Virus record (IMG/VR): IMGVR_UViG_3300032238_000944
Coordinates: 18,926-82,925 of that record
Length of the DNA stretch: 64,000 nucleotides
Direction: 5' to 3' (one strand)
DNA from: a virus
Below are positions 1 to 9,715 of the stretch, piece after piece. Position numbers and translations under genes: made by a program. How positions within the stretch are numbered: position 1 is the first letter of the stretch; each line of letters begins with the position of its first letter. Under the pieces are notes generated by a model. That model was given only the letters and a program-made list of their open reading frames with translations. It searched no databases and was not told the origin of the DNA.

Positions 1-275
1 TTAAAGTTTATTCTCCACAAAATGTTAACATTATGTCAGGTGATTATAATTTGGCATCATTTAATAGTAATAGTGCAGCACAACTTTATAAAGGTGTAAT
101 AGTCACAGGATCAACTACTACAGATCAGTTAAGTGTTTCTGGTGTTTCTACTTGTACTGGAAGTGTAAGAGTTGGTGTTAGCACTGCTGCAGGTGTCATT
201 CTTACTTCACCTAATGGAACCAAGTATCAACTATTTGTTGAAAATGGTGGCACTTTGAAAACAGTTGCAGTATAA
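1..275 (+). CDS. C-terminal part of tail fibre-like protein (5' truncated)
   Basis: Frame is open from the window start; Ser/Thr/Gly-rich beta-type sequence ending ILTSPNGTKYQLFVENGGTL. Confidence 0.6.
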   Translation, partial: KVYSPQNVNIMSGDYNLASFNSNSAAQLYKGVIVTGSTTTDQLSVSGVSTCTGSVRVGVSTAAGVILTSPNGTKYQLFVENGGTLKTVAV

Positions 276-308
276 CATACCAATAAATAAAGATATCAGG
301 AGAAACCA

Positions 309-1664
309 ATGGCAGAAATAAGGAACAGAGAATTATCACAATTTAGTTCTTTTTTACACATTGAAGATGCTACACAAAGTATTGGTATCGCAACTGATGT
401 AACTCCTTTTGTTGGTATAGGAACCACAAGCCCAACATCAAAACTTACAGTCAATGGTGATGTTCTTGTATCTAGCGCATTAACTGCAACATCATCTAAT
501 TTTAATAATTTAACTGTCAACAGTTCTGGTAATATTGCAAATATTTCTGGATCTAATCTTTATTATGCTGGAATTGGTACAATCAATACTTTAAATTCTG
601 TTTCTGGAATTATTACCAATTTTACCAGCGGTATTGGTTCAATTACTCGACTCAATGCATATACTGGAATTGTAACCAATCTTTCTGGTACTGGAGTTAC
701 TTATACTTCTGGCAATTTAACAACACTAAATGCTACCACAGGAAATATTGTTACTGGAATTATCACAAATTTGACTGGTACTATCAATGCAAACATTGCG
801 ACATTAAATGCTACGACAGGAAATATTGTTACTGGTGTTGTTACAACTTTAACATCTACTAATGCATCTATAACAAATCTTACCATGGCTAGTATGAATT
901 ATACTGGTAGTGATATGAATATACCAACATTAAATGTCACTACAGGAAATATTGTTACTGGTGTTGTTACCACTCTTACTGGCAGTAGTATTAGTTACAG
1001 TGGTATTTCTACATTTAGTGGAGTTAAAATTTCTTCAGGTATTGTTACGGCTACAAACTCAGGAATTGTAACTTATTATGGAGATGGTAGTAAGTTACTT
1101 AATGTCACTGCATCTGTATATTTACAAAGCGATTCAAGTACTCCACTTTTAAATCCAACTGGAATTCTTTCCACATTCAATTTCGTAAATACAAATGGTG
1201 GCACAACGTACTCTGGGGGAATTGCATCAATTGATGTCGCTAGAGCCGCATCAGGTCCATCAAATGCAGTTCAATTTAAAAATGCTTCTGGTATTTTCTC
1301 CGGATCTTCAAACTTTACTTGGAATGGATCAATCGTATCGATTGCTGGAACTTGTGAGGCAACGAACTTTAATACAACATCAGATTTAAACTTTAAAGAA
1401 AATATCAAAACCGTTCAAGATGCATTGGCAATTGTATCAGATCTCCGTGGCGTAAGATTTGATTGGAAAACAACTCATCAACCAACAATTGGAGTGATTG
1501 CACAAGAAGTTGAAACCATTCTTCCAGAACTTGTAACAACTGCAGATCATAAAACGGTGAATTACAATGGTATTATTGGTGTTTTGATTGAGGCAATCAA
1601 AGAACTTAAAACTGAAGTTCAAACATTAAAAGACCAAATAAATAATCAGCAGGGAGGATTATAA
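309..1664 (+). CDS. Tail fibre protein with C-terminal intramolecular chaperone (peptidase S74-like)
   Basis: VGIGTTSP motif, repeated TLNATTGNIVTG, C-terminal TSDLNFKENI...IGVIAQEVE...VNYNGIIGVLIEAIKEL coiled coil; late-promoter-like AATAAATA at 282-289. Confidence 0.85.
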   Translation: MAEIRNRELSQFSSFLHIEDATQSIGIATDVTPFVGIGTTSPTSKLTVNGDVLVSSALTATSSNFNNLTVNSSGNIANISGSNLYYAGIGTINTLNSVSGIITNFTSGIGSITRLNAYTGIVTNLSGTGVTYTSGNLTTLNATTGNIVTGIITNLTGTINANIATLNATTGNIVTGVVTTLTSTNASITNLTMASMNYTGSDMNIPTLNVTTGNIVTGVVTTLTGSSISYSGISTFSGVKISSGIVTATNSGIVTYYGDGSKLLNVTASVYLQSDSSTPLLNPTGILSTFNFVNTNGGTTYSGGIASIDVARAASGPSNAVQFKNASGIFSGSSNFTWNGSIVSIAGTCEATNFNTTSDLNFKENIKTVQDALAIVSDLRGVRFDWKTTHQPTIGVIAQEVETILPELVTTADHKTVNYNGIIGVLIEAIKELKTEVQTLKDQINNQQGGL

Positions 1665-1665
1665 A

Positions 1666-2049
1666 ATGGCATTCAAAATTTCTGGTACTACAATTGTTAA
1701 TGATAGTAGAGGGATTATTGGTTATGCCGAAACTCTGAATAATCTTGGAAATACTGGAGCAAATCCAAATATAGATCTTTCAAATGGAAATTTTGTGGTA
1801 GCAACATTAAATCAAAATGCTACTTTTACATTTTCAAATCCACCTGCAGGTGCTTGGTCTTTTACATTATTCCTTACTAATGATGCAACACCATCCAGAG
1901 TAATTGCTTGGCCTGCATCAGTTGTTTGGCCAAGTGGTACAACTCCAGCAAGAACTACAACTGCAAGTAAAACTGATGTTTATACATTTTTCACTGTAAA
2001 TGGTGGAACAACCTGGTACGCAAACATAGCGCAATACAATTATAGTTAA
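1666..2049 (+). CDS. Tail fibre-associated beta-domain protein, paralogue of the C-terminus of 57052-62943
   Basis: [40 protein letters not shown] shared with 62617-62940. Confidence 0.75.
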   Translation: MAFKISGTTIVNDSRGIIGYAETLNNLGNTGANPNIDLSNGNFVVATLNQNATFTFSNPPAGAWSFTLFLTNDATPSRVIAWPASVVWPSGTTPARTTTASKTDVYTFFTVNGGTTWYANIAQYNYS

Positions 2050-2057
2050 TTTTAATC

Positions 2058-2648
2058 ATGAACGCACGATACAATGATTTCATTGGTATGTATCAGAACG
2101 TCTTTCCAGACGGGTTCTGTTCACATGTAATTTCAGAATTTGAGAGATTACTATCTTCTGGTTCTTGTGCAAATCGACAAGATGTAGAAGGTACTCCAAA
2201 AACAAGCAAAGAAGATTATCATTATTTCTTGAATATGAAAAATCATGTGATGTCACCATTTAATAATGTTGATGTAATGGATATTTTTATGAATTCATTA
2301 CAGAATTGCTTTGATGAGTATATAAGTGAATTTGATATTCTGAAGGACATTCCTTTGAGATGTACAGCAGTTAAAATGCAAAAAACAGATCCTGGTGCTG
2401 GATATCATGTTTGGCATGGCGAACAAGGTGAAGGTCAAGCTAGTGCAAGATGCCTAGTTTATTCAGCATATCTCAATGATATTGATGATGCAGGAGAAAC
2501 TGAGTTCTTATATCAAAGATTAAGAATTGCTCCCAAAGAAAATACTATGATCTTATGGCCTGCTGCATTTACTCATACTCATCGAGGTAACGTAGTTCAT
2601 GGAAATAAATCTAAATATATAATAACAGGTTGGTTTTATATAGAGTGA
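2058..2648 (+). CDS. 2OG-Fe(II) oxygenase (prolyl-4-hydroxylase-like)
   Basis: YHVWHGE, YLND..GETEF, HTHRG, KYIITGW motifs. Confidence 0.85.
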   Translation: MNARYNDFIGMYQNVFPDGFCSHVISEFERLLSSGSCANRQDVEGTPKTSKEDYHYFLNMKNHVMSPFNNVDVMDIFMNSLQNCFDEYISEFDILKDIPLRCTAVKMQKTDPGAGYHVWHGEQGEGQASARCLVYSAYLNDIDDAGETEFLYQRLRIAPKENTMILWPAAFTHTHRGNVVHGNKSKYIITGWFYIE

Positions 2649-2649
2649 T

Positions 2650-3552
2650 ATGAGTATTACTACCAGAAAAGTACTAAGTGGATCACAACAATATACAGGA
2701 AGTGTAACTTTCAATGCTCCGGGAACTTGGACTTCTCCAAATAGATTAGTTCAAGTTACAGTGCAGGGACGAGGCCAAGGTGGCAGCCCAGGAAATGCTG
2801 CAACAGCAGGAAATGCTGTCGCTCCTGGACAAGCAGGAACTGGCGGCGGCGCTGGCGGCGGCGGCGGCGGTGGCGGCGGTGGAGCCTCCAACCCCGGAAC
2901 TGCGGGAGGAAGTGTTGCTGGTGGTGGTAATGGTGGAGCAGCTGGTGGCGGTGGTGCTGCTGGCGTTCCTGGCCAGCCAGGTGGTGCTGGAAATCCAGGT
3001 AATGCTGGTGCCCCTGGTCCTATAAATCCAGCAATTCAGGGTAATCCCGGAAACACTGGACAAGCATCATCTGCATTTGGTTTAACATTTCCAGGTGGCC
3101 AACGTGGCAATGGCGGAACCGCAAATGCAGCACAACCAGGAGCTCCAGGACCTGCTGGCCAAGGAGGAGGTGGCGGAAATGGAGGCGGACCAGGATCTCA
3201 ACAAGGTACTGGAGGTGCTGGCGGAGTTCCTGGAGGCCAGCCTGGAAGTGGTACTGGTCCGGGTAGTACATTAAATTTTGTTGGAGGAACCGGTGGTGCT
3301 GGTGCTGCTACTGGTGGAAATGGTGGCCGAGCATCACCTGCCGCTAATTTTAGAGGTGGTGGCGGCGGTGGCGGCAGCGGCTCTGGTAGCGCAGGAGGAG
3401 CAGGAACCCCCGGCAATATTGCTACCAATCCAAACCCTGGCGTCTCAGCTCCGACAATCAATACACCAGGAGTTGTAGTTACTCCAGCAACTTCATATCC
3501 GATTACTGTAGGTCCAGGAGGTTCTGTTATTATCTCATGGAATACTCAATAA
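2650..3552 (+). CDS. Gly/Pro/Ala-rich virion-type protein
   Basis: GGGGG runs, GNPG/GAPG repeats, TFNAPGTWTSP N-terminus and YPITVG..GSVIISW C-terminus. Confidence 0.7.
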   Translation: MSITTRKVLSGSQQYTGSVTFNAPGTWTSPNRLVQVTVQGRGQGGSPGNAATAGNAVAPGQAGTGGGAGGGGGGGGGGASNPGTAGGSVAGGGNGGAAGGGGAAGVPGQPGGAGNPGNAGAPGPINPAIQGNPGNTGQASSAFGLTFPGGQRGNGGTANAAQPGAPGPAGQGGGGGNGGGPGSQQGTGGAGGVPGGQPGSGTGPGSTLNFVGGTGGAGAATGGNGGRASPAANFRGGGGGGGSGSGSAGGAGTPGNIATNPNPGVSAPTINTPGVVVTPATSYPITVGPGGSVIISWNTQ

Positions 3553-3578
3553 ATATAAAAAATATTTGAATTTTAATT

Positions 3579-3995
3579 ATGCCACAAAAGAAATTATCAA
3601 AAACTCGTCAAAAAATTCATGGTCTTTATGAAGAAGCTGAATATTATAATGTAAAATCAAATCAAACCAGAGCAAGATCTTTATCTGTAGGAACTTGTGG
3701 TGGTGGATTAATTGAAGTAAATATAAGAGGTGATATTGGAAATCTTTGGTATCAACTCCAACCAGCAGAAGCAGTAGAAATCATAGGTCAATTAGCAGCT
3801 GCTGCTGGTGTAGAAATTGCAATGAGGCCTAGACAAGATTTTGCTGCTTGGAGATCTTGGGACACTTCACTTCCTGCAAGTATTCAATGGATTGGTGCAG
3901 CACCTTGGCAATTATCTGAAGATCAAAGATTGGAATTAGAAGAAGCAAAAGCAAAAAATATTAAACCAATTGAAGGTACGAATGAATCTGAATAA
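3579..3995 (+). CDS. Hypothetical protein
   Basis: 138-aa ORF after AATAAATA at 3548-3555. Confidence 0.7.
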   Translation: MPQKKLSKTRQKIHGLYEEAEYYNVKSNQTRARSLSVGTCGGGLIEVNIRGDIGNLWYQLQPAEAVEIIGQLAAAAGVEIAMRPRQDFAAWRSWDTSLPASIQWIGAAPWQLSEDQRLELEEAKAKNIKPIEGTNESE

Positions 3996-4521
3996 TTTTT
4001 ATGTTTTAGTTGATAATGAAAGAAATCAAATTATTGACAAAATTCAAAAATTGCCTCAAAATTGGAAAAATATTGCAGGACTTCCTGGACTTACTGATGA
4101 AGAACTTTGTGATTTAAAATGGGCTGGGCATCATAATCTTGCATGGATCAATATTCATTCAGAAAAAATTAAAGAATATACATCATCATTACAAAATCTA
4201 GAGCTTAATAAAAATACATTTAAGTTATTAGTTTCAGATCTAAGAAAAGAGAAACAATCAGAACCAATTGATTACTACGGAGCAAAAATAAAATGTGATT
4301 TTAGAACTCGTTGTTCGTTATACGTTCTAAAAGAAAAAGAAAAAGTAAATTTTAAATGTATCAATGGATATTATACGTTTACTTCATTGCAAATTTCAGA
4401 AATTTATGATAAAATAGAAGCACAAATTCAAACTTTATTTGATCAAGAACTTGAAATTTACAATCAAATAGATAAATGTCAATCAATATCTGACTTTTTT
4501 AATGTAAAATATGACTTCTGA
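3982..4521 (+). CDS. Hypothetical protein, tail fibre assembly-like (DUF4376-like)
   Basis: LPQNWKNIAGL..DLKWAG motif, VNFKCINGYYTF; ATG 3982 is the likely start. Confidence 0.55.
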   Translation: MNLNNFYVLVDNERNQIIDKIQKLPQNWKNIAGLPGLTDEELCDLKWAGHHNLAWINIHSEKIKEYTSSLQNLELNKNTFKLLVSDLRKEKQSEPIDYYGAKIKCDFRTRCSLYVLKEKEKVNFKCINGYYTFTSLQISEIYDKIEAQIQTLFDQELEIYNQIDKCQSISDFFNVKYDF

Positions 4522-5158
4522 GTTTTTTTCAAATAAAAATTCTTTTGATATTATTCAAGATCCAATTAAAAATAGTTGGGGGCCATATTGGCATCTTAAT
4601 ACAAAAGAATATGAACCATATTGCTGGAATAATCAAGTATTCACTTGTGAAGAAATAGAAAGAATTAAAGTGATTGGATGTAGATTAGGAGTAGATAGGG
4701 CAACAACTGGCAATGGAAAGGATTGTCTAGATCACAGAAGATCTTTTACTTCTTGGATAAATCCAAATGAACATACAAGTTGGATTTATGAAAAATTAAC
4801 TCAATTGATAGATCAAAATAATCAACAATATTTCAATTTTGATTTAACTATGATTGAAACTTTACAATTTACTTATTATTCTTCACAAGAAGATGGTTGT
4901 TACAAAAGTCATATTGATCCCTTAAATTGGAGATTACCTCACAACAGAAAATTAAGTGTTGTAGTTCAACTTTCGGATCCGTCAGAGTATGAAGGAGGAG
5001 ATTTAAAGTTGCATAATTCTTATAATCCAGTGATAATTAATAAAGAAAAAGGTCTTATCATTACTTTTCCATCGTATACATTGCACGAAGTTACTCCAGT
5101 AACTAAAGGAGAAAGATATTCTTTAGTTGCTTGGGTTCATGGGCCTGCCTTTAGATAA
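4511..5158 (+). CDS. 2OG-Fe(II) oxygenase (PKHD-type)
   Basis: LQFTYY, HID, RKLSVVVQLSDPSEYEGGDL, HEVTPVTKGERYSLVAW. Confidence 0.9.
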   Translation: MTSEFFSNKNSFDIIQDPIKNSWGPYWHLNTKEYEPYCWNNQVFTCEEIERIKVIGCRLGVDRATTGNGKDCLDHRRSFTSWINPNEHTSWIYEKLTQLIDQNNQQYFNFDLTMIETLQFTYYSSQEDGCYKSHIDPLNWRLPHNRKLSVVVQLSDPSEYEGGDLKLHNSYNPVIINKEKGLIITFPSYTLHEVTPVTKGERYSLVAWVHGPAFR

Positions 5159-5163
5159 TTATT

Positions 5164-5730
5164 ATGACATTTAAAGAAGATGGATATCAAATTATTCGTG
5201 GTTTTCTAGAACCAGACTTCGTTAAGTTTATTAATCAATATTTTTTTACAAGAATTACTGCAGGTCAAGCAGTAATTGGTGACGTTCAAGCACCAAATTC
5301 TTATATTTTTTATGGTGATCCTTTGATGGATACAATTCTTGGGGAAGCAGCAACAAAACTGAGTGAAGTTGCTGGTTATTCGTTATTGCCAACCTATACA
5401 TATACAAGACTGTATGGTAAAAGTGATGAACTTGTGATTCATCGTGATAGACCTTCTTGTGAATTATCGGGAACATTAGCACTTGGATTTCCTGATGGAG
5501 AAGAAATAAATCCAATTTATTTTAGTAAAAATGAAGACAAATCTGATGCAATTGAGATTAGGTTAAACCCTGGTGATTTGTGTTTATATCATGGATGCGA
5601 TTTGTATCATTGGAGACCACCATTCACTCAACGTTGGTATCTTCAAGCATTTTTACATTATGTAAATGCAGAAGGTCCTCATAAAGACTTTTTATATGAT
5701 AAAAGAACTTATCTAGGAATGTCTAAATAA
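5164..5730 (+). CDS. 2OG-Fe(II) oxygenase-like protein
   Basis: PTYTYTRLY, HRDRPSCELS, GDLCLYHG..HWR, QAFLHYV. Confidence 0.8.
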   Translation: MTFKEDGYQIIRGFLEPDFVKFINQYFFTRITAGQAVIGDVQAPNSYIFYGDPLMDTILGEAATKLSEVAGYSLLPTYTYTRLYGKSDELVIHRDRPSCELSGTLALGFPDGEEINPIYFSKNEDKSDAIEIRLNPGDLCLYHGCDLYHWRPPFTQRWYLQAFLHYVNAEGPHKDFLYDKRTYLGMSK

Positions 5731-5743
5731 AAATAAAACCAAA

Positions 5744-6022
5744 ATGGATTACAAATTATATGCCATTGTAGATCAAGATAATTTAGTAATTAATTGCACA
5801 ACTTGGTTAATCAATGAAAACATTCAAGATCTGATTACAAATACATATTCTAGCAGATACAGTGCTATTGAATATTCTATGGATCAAAGTATTACCAAAA
5901 ATCCAGCTGGAATAGGACTTACTTATGACGAATCTTTAAACGCATTTATTCGTAAAAAACCTGGAGATAATTACACATTAAATACAGAAACATTTGAATG
6001 GGAACCTAATCAAACTAATTAA
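5744..6022 (+). CDS. Hypothetical tail-associated protein
   Basis: AGIGLTYDESLNAFI...LNTETFEWEP motif; TAAATA upstream. Confidence 0.6.
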   Translation: MDYKLYAIVDQDNLVINCTTWLINENIQDLITNTYSSRYSAIEYSMDQSITKNPAGIGLTYDESLNAFIRKKPGDNYTLNTETFEWEPNQTN

Positions 6023-6080
6023 CCACTTTACAAACTGTCCACTCAACCTCCCAGGGTCTCTGGGAGGTTTTATAATAGCT
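6023..6080 (+). promoter_or_regulatory. Early promoter cassette 1 with internal stem-loop
   Basis: CCACTT-N6-CTGTCCAC, hairpin 6045-6069, TATAAT 6071 then AGCT. Confidence 0.75.
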
Positions 6081-6098
6081 TCGTGAACTCAGTTTCCT

Positions 6099-6206
6099 AT
6101 GCCTCTGACTGCCACTGAAAAGTTAATTTTTATAGCATCATTCGTCAATTTTCTTCACTGGGGCGCAAAAGTCACGGAATCTGTACTGAATCATGCTATT
6201 TCTTGA
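6099..6206 (+). CDS. Small hypothetical protein (35 aa)
   Basis: MPLTATEKLIFIASFVNFLHWG..., first ORF after the promoter; not in ORF track. Confidence 0.5.
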   Translation: MPLTATEKLIFIASFVNFLHWGAKVTESVLNHAIS

Positions 6207-6612
6207 AATTACTGGTTATAACTGCTCTAAAAGGCGCTGTGAGAGCATTGTAGAGTGGTTCATAGGGAAATACCTTCCCAACCATAAATTGGACGTTGTA
6301 GTGAACCACAGAGGTCTTCTGAGGGAAGGTGTATATGGTTGGTGTACCGTACTAGATTGTGATCATCGTCCAAGGGCTTTTGAAATTGAAATGCATAATC
6401 GTCTGAATGTAGAAGATTATGCTAAGACTTTGTTTCATGAGCTTTGGCATGTGTATCAACATGTACATGGAGATCTTCGTGATAAGTATCAGAAACGTCT
6501 TTGGAAAGGTGTTGATTGTTCTGAGTTGGATTATGATGATCAACCATGGGAACAAGAAGCAAACTCAATGGAATCTCAACTGTACCTGATGTACTTGACA
6601 GAAACCTCATAA
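6193..6612 (+). CDS. Putative zinc metallopeptidase
   Basis: HELWHVYQH (HExxH) plus PWEQEA. Confidence 0.7.
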   Translation: MLFLEITGYNCSKRRCESIVEWFIGKYLPNHKLDVVVNHRGLLREGVYGWCTVLDCDHRPRAFEIEMHNRLNVEDYAKTLFHELWHVYQHVHGDLRDKYQKRLWKGVDCSELDYDDQPWEQEANSMESQLYLMYLTETS

Positions 6613-6623
6613 GTAATTAGAAT
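6595..6623 (+). promoter_or_regulatory. Sigma70-like promoter
   Basis: TTGACA-N17-TAGAAT. Confidence 0.7.
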
Positions 6624-6644
6624 TGCTTTGTCCGGGTTGATGAG

Positions 6645-7157
6645 ATGGCTATAAGTACTTTAGAGAGACACAAATATAATGGCAATGAGATCATCAAGAC
6701 TCGTACATTAACATACGAGCCTTACAGATATTGTGAATATAACATGGCACTGGTGATGGGTTTAATAAGACGCAAACTCACACCAGATTTGCTATCTACA
6801 AGATATCGGGAAGAAAACAAAACAAATCCAACATATGGACATTGCTATCACTCTACACAGGCATTGTTCTATCTGATGGATACTGATAAGTTACAACCAA
6901 TGAGTGGTATTGATTACCGTGGTGAAACTCATTGGTGGTTACAAGATGGAGATAACATTTATGATCTTACTGCGGAGCAGTATCTTTCCGTAGGAAAGTT
7001 GCCACCATATTCTGTAGGTAAGAAAAGTAAATGGTATGGTTGGAAAGGTCGTCCACATCAGAGATCATTGGATCTCATTGTGAGAGTTCTTGGCAATCGG
7101 GTGACAGACACTGTGACAGTTGCCGAAGTGGATGGGGCCTTGACACCTTTCTTTTGA
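6645..7157 (+). CDS. Hypothetical protein
   Basis: 170 aa; GHCYH and HWWL..DLTAEQ suggest a transglutaminase-like C/H/D triad (weak). Confidence 0.65.
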   Translation: MAISTLERHKYNGNEIIKTRTLTYEPYRYCEYNMALVMGLIRRKLTPDLLSTRYREENKTNPTYGHCYHSTQALFYLMDTDKLQPMSGIDYRGETHWWLQDGDNIYDLTAEQYLSVGKLPPYSVGKKSKWYGWKGRPHQRSLDLIVRVLGNRVTDTVTVAEVDGALTPFF

Positions 7158-7173
7158 TCCGTGTATAATAGCC
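7113..7173 (+). promoter_or_regulatory. Early promoter cassette 2
   Basis: GTGACAGTT-N6-GTGGAT, TTGACA 7140-N18-TATAAT 7164 then AGCC. Confidence 0.75.
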
Positions 7174-7239
7174 AGGTAAGCAACGGACGAGAACTTAGTT
7201 CTGCCTTGATTACACACTGTAGTTTACTTAGTTTAACTT

Positions 7240-8412
7240 ATGACAGTTCAAATCCCTTTTATGCCTAGCGAAACTCAACTTGTTTGGGATCGTGTGGCAC
7301 AAACTTGCAACAATCCTTTGGGATTGACCGAAGAGATTCTTCAACAATCTCTTGAAGTTTGTCCCGCTCCTGAATATCAAGGAGCAGAGTATATTGGTCG
7401 ATATCTGGTTCCTCGTTCTTTTGTTCGCTATGATCAAGAAGAACAACCCCGTGATAAAAGTAATGATGCTGATCACGTTAATAATCTAGTCAATAATTTT
7501 GAGACGATTGGTTATCGTCTGGATGCACAACCTCCCATCAGTTGTTTTGATACAAATGATGTAGCATCTACCAAACTCAAAGCACAATCGGGTTATAACC
7601 GAAATGAAGCTTTGGATCGGATTGGTCAAGAACTTTATATCTTCGATGTTTATAAGTTTGAGAGTAGGTTTTGGGAAATTGTTGCTCGCAACCAGTCAAA
7701 TCACCACTCCAATCCTCAACTTAGTCAGTCTATTCAAGACTACATCAAAGAAGTTTGCAATGCTGTGGAAAATGAAATCATTCCTGGTGATGCAGATGCT
7801 ATTTCTGATTTTGTAGATCTGATTGCTACAGATAAAACTGCTAAAGCTCGTAAAAAAATTAAAGTTACTTGCTTTAACAACTGTCAGGTATTTCCTAACT
7901 TCCGTACCTACAATTCTGTTGGTGCTGGTAAAAATACTTTGAATGGATTCATTAAAGAAAATGGATTTGTAAAACAAGGTGTTGAAGGTCGTACTGATGA
8001 AGAGTTGAAAGCACAAGGTTATATTACCTATTGTGCTGGCAATGGTGACAACAAAAGCAGTTGGATGCGAGCACTCTATCACGGAACTCGTTTGGGTCTT
8101 CCCGTGTGGATCTTTGGTTATGCAGCAAATCGTGTAGATAACCTAGAACAGTTCCGTGCAGAATACATCAATGATTTCAATGAATTGAAACAAGTGATGC
8201 TTGAGTTTGCTTTCTCGATTGCTGATGGTGGAGAGCAATCTTCGATTGATGAAGATGCTTTTTGTGTCAAACTCGCTGGATTTTTGCCTCAGTATGTGAA
8301 ACCCAATCCTCAAGATAGGGGTCGTCCTACTGAAAATACATTGGTTGATGTATATGGCAATTCTATTCGGTTTGATCCTGATGGAGATTGTCTGACACTT
8401 TCCCAACCCTGA
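7240..8412 (+). CDS. Hypothetical protein with ParB/Srx-like N-terminal domain
   Basis: QPR..HVNNLVNNFETIG..QPPI...SGYNRNEAL resembles the ParB-N GxxR motif. Confidence 0.55.
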   Translation: MTVQIPFMPSETQLVWDRVAQTCNNPLGLTEEILQQSLEVCPAPEYQGAEYIGRYLVPRSFVRYDQEEQPRDKSNDADHVNNLVNNFETIGYRLDAQPPISCFDTNDVASTKLKAQSGYNRNEALDRIGQELYIFDVYKFESRFWEIVARNQSNHHSNPQLSQSIQDYIKEVCNAVENEIIPGDADAISDFVDLIATDKTAKARKKIKVTCFNNCQVFPNFRTYNSVGAGKNTLNGFIKENGFVKQGVEGRTDEELKAQGYITYCAGNGDNKSSWMRALYHGTRLGLPVWIFGYAANRVDNLEQFRAEYINDFNELKQVMLEFAFSIADGGEQSSIDEDAFCVKLAGFLPQYVKPNPQDRGRPTENTLVDVYGNSIRFDPDGDCLTLSQP

Positions 8413-8413
8413 T

Positions 8414-8473
8414 CCAATTTGTGAACTGTCACACGGGGTCCACACGGACCCCTTTTTGCTGTATAATGGCCAT
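8414..8473 (+). promoter_or_regulatory. Early promoter cassette 3 with terminator-like stem-loop
   Basis: CCAATT-N6-CTGTCACA; GGGGTCC-acac-GGACCCC-TTTTT; TATAAT 8462 then GGCC. Confidence 0.8.
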
Positions 8474-8488
8474 ATCGAAACGAAAGCA

Positions 8489-9712
8489 ATGGAACTTCGC
8501 CCCCATCAACAACGTGCCCTAGATGCTCTCGTAAAGCATGTTATTGGGCAGGTGATCATCCCGACTGGCGGAGGTAAGACCAATGTTGCTATTTTTGATG
8601 CAATCCGTGAGTTTCAGTCTGATGCTCCTAAAACCATCGTAGTGGTTGCCCCGCGCATCCTTCTGGCAGAGCAGTTGTCTAGTGAGTTTCTTGAGTTTAT
8701 CACAAATGTTGCAGTATTGCACGTTCATAGTGGCGAAACTCATCACTTCAACACCACTAAACCTGCTGAGATCTACAACTGGTCTCGTCGTGCATACAAA
8801 CATCAACTGATCTTCACTACCTATAACTCACTCAAGCAACTTGTCACTGCTGGTATTCATGTTGATACCATCTATTTTGATGAGGCACATAATTCTGTGC
8901 AACGTCATTTCTATCCTGCCACTCAACATTTCAGTCAACATGCTGACCGCTGTTACTTTTTTACTGCTACTCCAAAGCATTCTCTTGCTGCTAGTAAACC
9001 TGGAATGAATGATACCCGAGTGTATGGCCAGGTGATTTGCAATGTACCTGCTCCCGAACTTGTAGATGGTGGTTATATTGTACCACCTAAAGTTGTGGTC
9101 AAACAACTACCGATGCTTGGCAAACATGCTCAGGTTGCTGATCGTGACAGCGAGAATCTGTTGGATACCATTGATGAACAAGGTGTCTCTAAGGTTCTCA
9201 TCTGTGCCAAAGCTGTCAAGCAGATTCTCAATCTGGTTGCAGAATCTGACTTCTGCCTGCAACTCCAACAGCGTGGATATTCCTATATGTACATCAGTGC
9301 AAAGACTGGTGGTGTGATTGATGGTCAGAAAGTCAATCGTGAGCAATTCTTTGACACTCTCACTGCATGGGGTAAGGATAACAATAAGAAGTTTGTTGTT
9401 CTACATCACTCCATTCTTTCTGAGGGTATCAATGTCAGTGGACTTGAGGCAGTGATTTTTATGCGCTCCATGGATTACATTGGTATCAGTCAGACTATTG
9501 GCCGTGTGATCCGTTTGCATCATGATGATGCTGCTGGACTGCGCTCTGGTCGTATTGCTCCTGGTGCTGTGCAAGACTATACTAAATCTTTTGGTCTTGT
9601 GTGCATTCCTGTGTTCAATAAGGTTGGCATCAGTACCGCGCAGAAAGTACAGTCGGTTGTTGATACCATCTTTGTTCAAGGTGAACCTGCAATCTCTACC
9701 GTAAGAAGATAA
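8489..9712 (+). CDS. Superfamily 2 (DEAH-type) helicase
   Basis: LRPHQ, PTGGGKT, DEAH, TATP, LSEGIN, QTIGRVIR; start moved to ATG 8489. Confidence 0.9.
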   Translation: MELRPHQQRALDALVKHVIGQVIIPTGGGKTNVAIFDAIREFQSDAPKTIVVVAPRILLAEQLSSEFLEFITNVAVLHVHSGETHHFNTTKPAEIYNWSRRAYKHQLIFTTYNSLKQLVTAGIHVDTIYFDEAHNSVQRHFYPATQHFSQHADRCYFFTATPKHSLAASKPGMNDTRVYGQVICNVPAPELVDGGYIVPPKVVVKQLPMLGKHAQVADRDSENLLDTIDEQGVSKVLICAKAVKQILNLVAESDFCLQLQQRGYSYMYISAKTGGVIDGQKVNREQFFDTLTAWGKDNNKKFVVLHHSILSEGINVSGLEAVIFMRSMDYIGISQTIGRVIRLHHDDAAGLRSGRIAPGAVQDYTKSFGLVCIPVFNKVGISTAQKVQSVVDTIFVQGEPAISTVRR

Positions 9713-9715
9713 CAT

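Noticed and set aside
2746-3478. Overlapping ORFs in the Gly-rich gene
   Set aside because: Artefacts of GC-rich GGN codons.
8456-8488. Upstream starts in the ORF track (8456, 21534, 17796, 12491, 25601)
   Set aside because: They overlap promoters or upstream genes; downstream ATGs fit better.
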